DNA of 57,252 bases, filler included, from Circinaria calcarea (lineage: Eukaryota), in the NCBI GenBank assembly GCA_051942165.1. It is 4 parts of 4 records of this genome, joined end to end, with 100 filler letters (N's around TTAATTAATTAA, not from the genome) between each part and the next. Parts side by side here need not be neighbours in the genome. Positions count along the whole stretch, not along the records: positions 43,022 to 57,252 come from JAVECS010000450.1; 3 more parts are not named here. One strand, given 5' to 3'. Every line of letters starts with the position of its first letter. Position 1 is the first letter of the stretch. Shown one piece after another: positions 47,101 to 57,252 of this stretch. Position numbers and translations under genes: made by a program. The notes under the pieces were generated by a model. That model was not told where the DNA came from, did not search any database, and saw only the letters and a list, made by a program, of their open reading frames with translations.

Positions 47101-50100
47101 ATGAGGACGGTGACCCTATTGCCAAAGTATCCGAAGGAGAACTTGTGAACCTGATTGGCAAGAAGCTCAACTCTAAGGGTGAAGTCCTCGACAAGGACGG
47201 GAACGTCATCGGCAAGGTTGAGCTCATCCCTCAAGAACCTGAAGAAGCTCCCGCAGATGGTGAAGGCGCTGCCAAGGAGACTGGCCCAGACTTTTCCATC
47301 GTTGAGGGCTTGAAAGTGAACAAGAAGGGTGATGTTATCAATGAAGATGGTGATGTGGTTGCTAGATTGGCCGAGGGAGACTTAACAGAAGTTGCTGGAA
47401 AGAAAATTAACGATAAGGGAGAGGTGCTTGATAAAGATGGTAATGTCATCGGCAAGGTCGAACTTATTCCCCAAGAGGACGAAGAGCTAGTTGAGGAGGA
47501 CACTGGACCACAACTGCCACCGCTAGCAATTCTCGAAGGACTGAAGTGTAACAAGGCTGGTTTCGTTATTGACGCTAATGGTAAGCATGTTGGCCAGTTA
47601 GTCGAGGGTGACGCCAAGAAATTGTCCAAAGGAGGGAATGAGTGTGACGCTGAAGGACAATTCTGGGATAATAAAGGAAAGGTCATTGGAAGAGCAGTGA
47701 CTCTACCTCAAGAAGACGACGACGAAGAAGAAGGTCCCTTTGCCGGCCTCGAAGGTTTAGTTGTCGTTGCAGACGGTTTTGTTGAAGATATCAACCGAAA
47801 CAAAGTCGGAAAACTTGTCGAAGGTGATCCAGTCAAACTCATTGGCCGTCAAGTTGACGAAGACGGTGATGTGATCGACAAAGGTGGCAATATCGTCGGC
47901 CATGCTGAGCGTTATCAAGAACCTGAGCCAGAGCCAGAGCCTGAGGAGGAATCCAACCTACCACCCTTATCGATTCTGGATGGTCTTAAATGCAATAAGA
48001 ATGGTCTTATTGTCAATGCTAACGGCAAACCGGTCGGCAAGCTGGTCGAAGGTGACGCCAAAAAACTGGCAAAGGGCGGTAACACATGTGACGCTGAAGG
48101 TCACTTCTTCGATAGTAAAGGTAGAATCGTTGGCACAGCCGAGACACTACCACAAGAAGACGATGAGGATGAAGGACCATTCTCTGGACTAGAAGGTCTC
48201 ATTGTTGTGCAAGACGGATTTGTCGAAGACGAAAACCAAAACAAAGTCGGTATTATCGTTGATGGCGACCCGAAGAAGCTAGTCGGTCGTGCTGTGGACG
48301 AAGATGGCGACGTTATTGATAAGATTGGTAACGTTATTGGTCATGCTGAGCGCTACGCGGAGCCCGAGCCCGAACCAGAAGAAAAGCCTGACCTTTCCAT
48401 ATTGAATGGCTTGACGCTCAATAAGCAAGGTCTTCTTGTTGGAAGCGATGGTGTAGCCGTAGGTAGGCTTGTTGAGGGAAATGCAAAGGAACTTGCTGGA
48501 CGAAAATCCGATGAACAAGGACAAATTTGGAACGATTCAGGAAAGGTGGTCGGACGCTGTGAAGTCATTCCCCAGAATGAGCGTGAAGACAGGCCTGAAG
48601 GTCCATTTGCTGGTCTTGAGGATTTGATCGTGGTCAAGGATGGATTTGTCGAAGACCGAGAGCACAACATTGTTGGCCAGGTTGTCGAGGGTGACCCGAA
48701 GAAACTTATCGGCCGCGCCGTTGACGAGGACGGAGACATCCTTGACAAGCGAGGAAATGTAATTGGTCATGCGATACCATACGAAGAACCCCCAAAGGAG
48801 CAAGTAGTCGTAGATTTGTCCTCCCTTGAGGGAAAAGTCGTCAACAAGCAGGGCAAAGTTGTCGATGAGCATGGTACTATATTCGGCCGTGTGGCCGAGG
48901 GAGATCTCGAAACACTCATTGGAAGGAAAGTTGATGGCAAGGGTCAGATCTGGAGTGACAATGGACAGGTGATCGGCAGAGCTGAACTTATCCCCGGCGG
49001 CGGAACCCAAAAGCCAGAAGGACCATTTGCAGGATTCGAAGGCCTAATTGTGGGTAAGGAAGGATTGGTACAAGATGCCGCCGGGCAAATCGTCGGTCGT
49101 CTCATTGAAGGAGATCTGAAAAAATGTTTGGCTCACAAGGTTGATGAGGATGGTGATGTCCTCGATAAGAATGGCAACAGCATAGGAAAATGTGAGAGAT
49201 GGGAACCGGAAGAGAAGAAAAAGGCGATCAACCCTATGTCTGGTCACAAAGTTAACAAAGACGGAGAGGTTCGAGACGAGAATGGCGAGCTCCTCGGTCT
49301 GTTGACCGCTGGTAATTTGCCAACCTGCATCGGACTCGAAGTTGACGACAACGGATATGTGGTTGACAACGACGGCAACAAGGTTGGGGAGTGTACCTTG
49401 ATTGGGAACCTCCCACAGGAAGAAGTAGAGGAGGAGCTACCAGTAGAGGAACTCAGCGAGGAGGAGAAGAAGAAGCTAGAAGATGCAGAGTTGGCGAAGA
49501 AGATGACTGCTATCTTGCAACAAACCTTGGATAGGATTGAGCCTGTGATGAAGAACATAACAGATGTAAGTTACCAGCTATGGATACGCTGCACACCGCT
49601 TCATATGCTTACCTCAATATAGGCAATTGAAAAGGCCGATCGGACGCCAAAGGACGAGCTCGATGAAGAAGAGCTTGTGCAGCAAGTCAAACCTATGATC
49701 GAGGAGGGTAGTCGCATTCTGCAAGAGTGCAATGGTGCCATCCGTGGACTCGATCCTGATGGCCACATTGCCGCAACAGCAAAGGCACGAGCTGCGTCAG
49801 GTGAAGCCACACCGGAAGAGCATGCCCTAGCAGAAAAACTGAAAGACCTCACCACAAACGTCGTTAAGACGATTGACAATGCAAAGAAGAAGCTCAACGA
49901 CATGCCACACGCAAAGAAGAAGCTGAGTCCACTCTGGGGTCTGCTCGCCCAACCTTTGGTGCAGATTGTTGCCGCCGTCGGCCTTCTCCTTGCCGGTGTC
50001 CTTGGACTCGTTGGTCAGATCCTCAATGGCCTTGGTCTTGGAGGCCTGGTCAATGGTATCCTCGGCGGCCTGGGGATCGATAAGTTACTCGGCAGCTTCG

Positions 50101-50156
50101 GACTGGGCTCCATCACAGAAGCACTAGGCTTCGGAGGCGGAAAGAAGAAGAAATGA
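44163..50156 (+). CDS. Very large acidic repeat protein: LEA-like N-terminal repeats, about 16 DUF3659-type units and a helical/hydrophobic C-terminal domain; intron 49566-49622
   Basis: Repeating LEGL.VNKKG.V.DEDG..IG.L.EG....GKK.N..GE.LD.DG..IG..E units; intron GTAAGT...TAG joins to AIEKADRTPKDELDEEELVQQVKP; ends in a Gly/Leu-rich hydrophobic tail + KKKK. Start placed at MAPSP; upstream ATG 44028 is also in frame. Confidence 0.88.
44472..44735 (+). repeat. Eight degenerate 33-nt (11-aa) coding repeats, LEA group 3-like periodicity
   Basis: AEDVKGKADDT, TGSAQVKAEDI, ADSAKEKADDT, TETAEDKTEDT, SKNAEGKAGEI, TEDTKGKASDT, AEDVKGKADEA, AEDPKGKVEDT. Confidence 0.8.
45237..45510 (+). repeat. About six degenerate 45-nt (15-aa) coding repeats
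   Basis: DGVKDAAPEDADKAV / DSAKDATPEDADEAA / DGAKDAIPEEGEEAV / DGVKDAAPEDTDEAI / DGAKDAVPKDAEDV / EGIKDATPDEAEDAV. Confidence 0.8.
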
Positions 50157-50890
50157 GCAACGAATGTAACTTTTTGCAGATCGAGATTGTCATTTGTGTT
50201 TTGGGTGTACAAAACCTGTTTGAATAGCCAGCGTCAAATTTCCTACCTTTGAAATTGTACATTTAGCATAAATAGTTTAATTACTTCATCAGTATGCTGT
50301 ATGCACCAATTGATGTGATATTTGAGGAATAGAGCTACAGAACAGGCTCTGGAGTTGTTTTGCATATCATCTTGATCCATGCGTGTAGGAAGCGAGGATG
50401 GTAAAGTATTTCTTAAAGATACGGCTGGGTAGGGCCGGGCTAATCCCAATCAGGCCAGCAACAGTTATCTCGCACCAGCGTCAATTGTCTCAAAGAACCT
50501 GCGATTTGATCAATCGGCTATGATCACAGTGTACACTTTCAAAGTTCTACACCCTGCTGTGGTTCGACGGGGCATCTTCCTTCATAATACTACATTCCTT
50601 GGTTTCTCTCCCCCTAAAAATACAAGATGTCTAGGACATGTACAACAGTATCTTGGTTCCGGGCGTTTCTCTCTTGCTTAATCTGGACCATCACTCGGGC
50701 ATGACCGACAATCTACAAATTATGGAGCGAAGCCAAGGCGTAGCAGGACAACCTACACCGAAGGTCTAAACCCCTGCATTCCTAACAGCATCTCTACTCG
50801 TGTTACCTTGTTTTAATGCAGATTGATGAACGAAGGTATGCAATCAGTATTGGTTCCCTATATTTCATAATTATCTCAATTCCTAGTACA

Positions 50891-52488
50891 TCACAACTCC
50901 TCGTGCTTTATGCCAGGCTTCTCTTCGGCTGTTTCCCCTTCCTCTTCTGCCGCCTTTTGCTCCTTCAAAAGCCCTTCCGGGATCTTCTCCTTCTTTCCTT
51001 CTCCTAGCCTGATCCCGTCAACCCACCCCTCGACATCCATGATCCCGTGCCCCTTTCCGGTAAAACCTTTCCACCATCCCCTCCTTCCATTGACAGCCAG
51101 CAACTCGACCTCATCATGGCCCTTCAATCCTAGTCCCTCGCGGAGGCTCGTCGCTGCAATATTAGTGGCAGGGATAGAAAAGAATGGAAACAGCTTAGTG
51201 CCACGCTGCTTGTGTTTCTCAGCAATCTCCGAAAGACTAGCTAAAGCTTGCGTCGCTGATTCAGGGAGCGTAGCCTCTGGATCCGCCGAAGAAGGCAACA
51301 ACACAAGAATGCAAGTAGGCGTCTTTGGCCCTAAACATTGGGCTTGTAGTTCTTCCGGGGTACTCAGTTGAGAAAGGGGAGGAGGAATATCAGGCATAGC
51401 GGCTGGGGCAGGTGTATCTGCAGATGTGGCAATAGGATCAGGTGATTCGGTGGGAGGCGTGGGAAGATCAATGGTAATGGTACTACCAGAAGCGGCGGCA
51501 GATGAAGCTTCCTCGGAGGCGTGCGATGCAGAAGCCTCAGAGAAGGTAGAGGAGTCAGAGGAAGCCCGCGCGCTATCCGTAGAAGGTTTCTTTTTTGAAT
51601 CGGCTAAGGGTTTTTGGTTCTTCTCGTTGGTAGTCGAGCTGCCAGAAGCCTTGTAGGCGTATTGGGCAAGGAAAGCTTGCATAAGGGGTTTGATCATCGG
51701 TCCATCATAGACGACGGTAGGCTCAGTCCCTCCAGGAAGGACCATGAGAGTGGGATAGGTGCTTATGCCAAATGTGGAGATGGCCTTATTATCCTTGTCT
51801 CGTATCTGGGCGAAAGCTAACTTTCCGTAGAATTCCCCTGCCAGAACCTTGATGAGGGCACTAGTCGTGCCTTTGTTGCTAAAGAGGATCGCCTTTGCGG
51901 TATCATTCCCCTCCTTCAACCAACCGTCAAGATCCTTATCCGAAACTCTCTTAACGTGGTTTGGTATGATCCCCTTCACCGCTTCGACAATGTCTTTCGC
52001 CGTCCGAGGTCCTTGGTAATCTTGAGTGATTGGTTTCCCGGTTTTCAACGTTGGTCTGACGGTCTTGAGGGTAGGGAATCCTTTCACGCCCATGCTCCCG
52101 CAGAATGCTTTATTACTTTCATCATCGCAATTAATAGCTGCCACTTGTGCAAGACCCTCGAGGCTTTTTGCAGCTTTTTCGTACGCAGGTTTGAGACTTT
52201 TGCAATGGCCACACCAAGGAGCATAGAATCTGCGACATCGTTGAGAACAGACTGGTATTATGGAGTTATTGACGGCTTACTCTACTATCTATAGAGGAAT
52301 CAGTGACAGAAGCTTTCCAACTCGACCATCTGACATACCGAAGCGAGTTTAGAGTTCTTGATGAGTTTGTCATAGTTCTTCCCATCGACTTGGAGAACAG
52401 ACGAGCCTTTTGAATAGAGACCATCTGCGTTGATCAATGGGGCGAGGACAAGCACCGCTAGAGCGGCGAATGAAGGACGATAGAGCAT
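50891..52488 (-). CDS. MPD1: Protein disulfide isomerase-related protein Mpd1/PrpA; exons 52488-52339, 52288-52281, 52229-50891
   Basis: Signal peptide, GLYSK.S.VLQV, spliced IVEFYAPWCGHCK active site, GVKGFPTLK, DYQGPRTAK, C-terminal ER-retention HEEL. Confidence 0.9.
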
Positions 52489-52807
52489 TGTGACAAATAC
52501 AGAGTGCGATTGATGAAAAAGACAGATCCTATATACTCTCTGCGCAGAGATGTTATTGCCCGAGGGCCGTACTGAACAGTTGTCCTTTGAGCTGCAGCGC
52601 CTGTCGCATGCATTGGCAAAACATGGGGTAGCGTGAACTAGGGTCCGACCGAGATCATCGTCATGCTGCCTGGTAAGGCTGGTTACATCCAGTCTCTCGG
52701 AATGTTTCCACTTCCTGGTTAAGGTACTCAATTGAATATTAGCTGTCTGTGCTTCTTGTATACACCTTCTCTATTTCGTTACCAAGGACTGAAAATTATA
52801 ATCAACC

Positions 52808-54255
52808 ATGGCCACCACCATCCCAGCCGCGTTGAGAGCAGCTGACCTCAGCCGCTTCATTGTACGAGCTGCTCAAGTTGAAAAGGCAAAGCCGGTCGTA
52901 GCTTACTGGTGTACGCTGTAATATCTGCTATGAACCTTCACTTGCTGAATCTCGATTCAGGTAATTACTGGGTCGTCAATCAAATATTGTCAAAAGGGCT
53001 GCACAGTGCCGATGATGAGAGCATGGCATTTACAATGAAGTTGATGGACAAACTCGAACAGGCATGGTTTATTACGAAGTAACCTTTTCCAAATGACTAA
53101 CAGAACCTAGACTAAGGCGGAGCATCCTCAGAATGATGCCATTCTAGACGATGTTGCTGGCCAAGCATATGTTGAGCAATTCGGTCTAGAGACTTTCCAG
53201 AGGGCAGATAATGCAGTAAGAGCAAACAAAGCATCTAGGTAGGCGTTATTAAACGCATCCGTCTACACCCCATACTGAGTTGGTCATTCAGGCAGACAGC
53301 AGACACTTTTCAGGCGGCAGCTACCTTTCTTGATCTCCTACACATCTGGGGCCCACTGGATCCTGAGGTAGCATCTAAGATTAAATTCGCAAAGTATCAT
53401 GCGTTGCGTATTGCCAAAGCGTTGAAAGCTGGAGAGGATCCGAATCTATCTAACCCAATCTCTGAACCATCCCCTATTCAGGAGCAGCCACCTCTTGATC
53501 CTAATGATCCTGAAGTTCAAGCTCTTGTTGGTACTTCACCTTCTACTCACAGTTCCATTCGGGATCATCAGCCATTCGCCGGAGATGCATCAAATCAGGA
53601 CTACACAACAGGTCCTTCAACTCTGTCTCCTCATGGCACAGTAGGAGAGAATTATTATCAGAGCCAAGCCAATGAATTACCCCCTCTCGGAGCTCTTGCT
53701 GCGGGTAGAATTGGATCAGAAGGAGGTGGCTACTTCCCTAGCGTTCCTCATGGATACACAGACACAGGGAGTCCAGTTCTACCGGAGGCGCCGCCCGAGG
53801 AACCGGGTTCACCTCCAACAACTGGGTTGCCAGACCCATCCTCGTTACCACCCTCCACCACTGCCAATTATCTGAATGGGCAAGAACCAATAGACCCACA
53901 TAACTTACCAGTACATCCAAATCAACACCCATATCTCGACCCTTCCGTCAATCCACAAAACTCTCTACCATCTCGACAGCCTGCGTATTCATCTCAACCT
54001 CCAGTACCCGGTCTCATATCACCACCAGCAAGACCGTCTAATCCTACCCCAATCACGGCGTCAACGCATCGCATGGCCACCCAGCAAGCAAAGTTACAGC
54101 CGGCTGCCGGTCAGTTGAGCTATGTTCCAGACGAGGAAGCGATGGTGAAAGCTCAGAAGCATGCAAGATGGGCAATCTCAGCGCTGAATTTTGAAGACGT
54201 GAACACTGCGGTGAAGGAGCTAAAGGGAGCATTGGAGAGTCTGGGAGCAGCGTGA
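52808..54255 (+). CDS. VTA1: ESCRT-associated Vta1 (MIT-like N-terminus + VSL domain)
   Basis: RAAQVEKAKPVVAYWCNYW, LMDKLEQ, F.RADN, TADTFQAAATFL, KFAKYHALRIAKALKAGEDPN, AQKHARWAISALNFEDVNTAVKEL; three introns. Confidence 0.95.
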
Positions 54256-54620
54256 TAAGCTCATGTTTTGATGAGTCCGCCTTTCTTTAACTATTGAACA
54301 ACTTACTCGACGATACTCAACCTTCTAAGCATTCGATACCGCCTATCTCTTTTCGTAGTATTATTTCAAGCTGTTTGGATGGCTTAGTCGAGGAAATCTC
54401 ATCGGTGAGGATTCGTACCCAGTCAAATTACCCTATCGTACGCGAGACATTCCGTCCGGCTTTCCGAGAGGTCACAGCGGACCCCGCATGACTGATTTAG
54501 GGCTTCCTCACCTGCTAAGCCAACCCGGCTAGCGTGATGTTATCGAAACTGGTCGGTTCATAAGTGTTGACATACTTCTGGCAACATCTAAAGTGTAAAA
54601 CCGTCAAGATAACGGACGCA

Positions 54621-56417
54621 ATGGATTCGACAGTCAACCTGAGCGGCAGCTTCCCCAGTCTAGCAGGTACAGAGGTTCCTACTGTACCCCCTGGGTCTAT
54701 CGAACCAAGTAATGGGAGTCCTTGTCGTAAGAGCAACACTCCCTTTGATGAGCAGGGGCTAACAATCAATGTGTTAACAGAACCGGTGCCTCGAGCAGCA
54801 TATCTTGATTACTGTCCGATGGCTCCCTCACATGAAGGGAAAGCATTAAATTATCGTACTTGTCTCGATCGGCTTGGTATGAAGGAGGACGCGTTGGATA
54901 TTCGCGTTCAGTTTGTACAAGAGTTCAAGCAACATACGCAGGAGCCAGAGTGCACATTTCTACGCAAAGAAGACAACGGAGCCGCCTTTGATGAGCTTAT
55001 TGCTGGTTTCCTCCGAAAACGAGGTTCCTACTATTGGGGTACAGGGAATCGTGATCACCTTTTGGAACCCGACACGTCGAAAGGATTCCTTTACCCAAGG
55101 GATGCCGAACGTCCTAACTCGAGGTAAGCTTTCGCTTTCCGTTTTTTATACCGCTTATTCCATTGTTTGGTTGCTAACGCCAGCTTGCTATAGACTGATG
55201 GATATGTTGGAAGAGTTGTTCAATTACAAAGCTCGTTCCGCAAGAAGAAACGACGTAAGTTCCATAAACCATAGGGTGTTACCTCCAGCCTGACCATTAA
55301 GGCATAGTCTCATAGGCCAGTAGAAAGGCAGCACATTCCACAGATTGATTTTGCTACTCTGGTTCCCTCCGATATCAATACCAGCCGTCGCGTGAGCGCG
55401 AGCCTTGGAAATACCCAAACCGGCACCACAAACACGCATTCACAAGAGGAATACAGTGGTGCTGACGACGATGATGACTCGGACATACCATTGGCTAGAC
55501 GGCGTAGAGGGCTTCTCGATAGCATGACCGATATCCATCTGACCACCCCCAACACGTCTGATACGATCCCTATACGACAAACCCGCAACTCCACTGGCAG
55601 CAGCGTTGATCGTAAACCACTACATTCTGCCAAAGAACCACCTACCAAACCTGCATTAGGATCCGTCCCCAAGGTAAACATCGGCGTCCTAGCCCGCCAA
55701 GGACTCGGCCGAGCTCCCATATCAAGCTCATCATTCAAGGCAAATGTTAACCAAGGAAGACCAGATGATGTTGCAACTACAGCTGAGCTACCGGTACGGG
55801 AGCTTAGGAACAAGCGTAAGAGACCTCAATCAATCATGAAGGAACCCAAAGCAACCCACAGCAAGACAAGACTCACTAGAAACTCGGTGAAAACTCCAAT
55901 TACCCTCGACGAAAGCACACACCAGGAAGAAAACACTTGCATGATTATTGACGAAGCAACTTTCAACAACTCGCCTTCGGTTTCCGCACGCTTGCCGGCT
56001 TCGGAGGATTGCGTAAGCACCGTTGTCAAGCTTGATAAAGATGAGACAGATTCTCGGCAGGTAAAGATCAAAACCGAAGCATTATCTGACAACATAACAG
56101 CCGGAACCACCCTGATGGTGACAGCAAGCTGCCAGCAAGACATGGCGCCAGTAACCGTCAAGTTGTCGGCGTGCAAACCGTTACAAGACCTCTTTGCTTT
56201 CTTGGCCGAAGAATGCGGCCTGGGCCCTCGAACCAAGAACGTAGTGGCGATATCGGCCACGTACGGGTGGAACAAACGCCAACATCGGATTAGGGGATAC
56301 AGGTTCGATACGGATCTCACTACCTTTAGCAGTGCCCTACGGGATGCATGGGATTCGGATCCGGGAGTTGCGAAGCGAGGGTGTGAGATTGCAATGTTAC
56401 TTCATGTCGAAGACTAG
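54621..56417 (+). CDS. Hypothetical protein (three exons; N-terminal helical domain, disordered middle, C-terminal small alpha/beta domain)
   Basis: Two GT-AG introns (donors 55124 and 55255; second acceptor 55307) join ORFs 54564-55127, 54913-55293 and 55392-56417 in frame; no family recognised. Confidence 0.7.
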
Positions 56418-56610
56418 AAGATCGGTGCCATGTCTGCAAGGATTTCTACACGGTCGATGAAATGGCAATAGCGTTTCAAGTGCTTTTGGAAGCTTTGGGC
56501 CTTGACAACTTTGGTCTAGCAGATGATAGACGGTGAGGCTTTGAAGAGAACAACCGGACGGATGAGATGAGCCTAGCATTGTACTATGCTCCAATATTGT
56601 AGCTAACCAT

Positions 56611-57252
56611 TCAGCGATTAAATAATCTGCTGAACATGCCTCCGGCGAGATTCCTTGCAATACCCCCTGAGTATAATGCGCTAGAAGCCAGATTCGACGC
56701 CTGACTAAACTTATCACACCTCGAGAACGCCAGCGTATTCGTAATGGTCAAAACCAAGGCAATCACTGTAATCCATTGCATTAGCTCCAGTGTCCCTTCC
56801 ACACCCCCCCCTCCCACAATAATCCTCCACCTTATCTCCCAAAGGAACCCCCCCCTTCCCACATAGAAAAAGGGAAACTCACCAATCACGCTCAACCACA
56901 CAAACCTGAGCCGCAGCACCGCCAACACCGCCAACCCGATCCACAGCGCCGGCTGCACGTACAGCGCCAGCCAGAAAAACCGACTGTCCGTCTTATTTGC
57001 TCCTCCACCGCCGCCGTCACCGCCGCGGGAACCGGGGTCGGAGCTCTCGAAGACCCAGGTCGAGTCGCCGGTGGCGGTGTTGACCTCGTTCCACCAGCGC
57101 AGGCCGACGAGACGGCGGCCGGCGATGTTTTTGAGGTAGTAGAAGTCTGCGGCGAGGAGGAGGATGGTGAGGATGAAGATGAGGATGCTTTGGGGTTTTT
57201 TGGGCGTTAGGTTTTTTTTGGTGGGAGGAGGGGGGGCAGGGAAGTTTTTGGG
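56611..57252 (-). CDS. TVP23: Golgi membrane protein Tvp23 (DUF846), 5' part beyond the window
   Basis: [61 protein letters not shown]. Confidence 0.95.
   Translation of the reverse strand, partial: PKNFPAPPPPTKKNLTPKKPQSILIFILTILLLAADFYYLKNIAGRRLVGLRWWNEVNTATGDSTWVFESSDPGSRGGDGGGGGANKTDSRFFWLALYVQPALWIGLAVLAVLRLRFVWLSVIGEFPFFYVGRGGFLWEIRWRIIVGGGGVEGTLELMQWITVIALVLTITNTLAFSRCDKFSQASNLASSALYSGGIARNLAGGMFSRLFNR

Noticed and set aside
45552..49410. Regular repeats as a CRISPR array or transposon
   Set aside because: They are degenerate, in-frame protein-coding repeats in a eukaryotic gene, with no identical direct repeats, unique spacers or cas genes.
1..57252. tRNA, rRNA, transposase or retroelement sequences
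   Set aside because: No cloverleaf-compatible T-loop context, rRNA-like stretch, RT/integrase/DDE motifs or terminal repeats recognised by eye; tRNAscan-SE and RepeatMasker would be needed to exclude degraded copies.

Overview
Gene-dense, intron-rich genomic DNA from a filamentous ascomycete (Pezizomycotina; a lichen mycobiont is possible but only inferred). Three identical 100-nt artificial spacers (44 N + TTAATTAATTAA + 44 N) split it into four contigs, so gene neighbourhoods across the gaps cannot be trusted. I can support about 24 protein-coding genes, mostly housekeeping: GH47 mannosidase, CCT6, NOP56, OTU1, RSC1/2, creB/UBP9-13, LSD1-like demethylase, CAP2, MPH1, POP3, TMEM170-like, STE14, PEX8, sugar O-acetyltransferase, TIM13, VIP36-like lectin, MPD1, VTA1 and TVP23. 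Accessory-type genes are a truncated dynamin-like GTPase, a Cys-rich small secreted protein, a giant LEA/DUF3659 repeat protein, an orphan gene and several decayed relics including a probable PTH11-like GPCR pseudogene. Exon structures were worked out by hand from GT/AG and branch signals and reading-frame continuity. I found no convincing multi-gene novel system, mobile element, tRNA/rRNA or CRISPR. The best leads are fine-scale: a start codon split by an intron with a start-stop uORF, recurrent C/A-to-G/T strand-skew switches, micro-exons at catalytic motifs, twin KRQL sites in GH47 insertions, a GC-AG intron, a long structured intron, a tentative C/D snoRNA before NOP56, and the modular DUF3659 protein.
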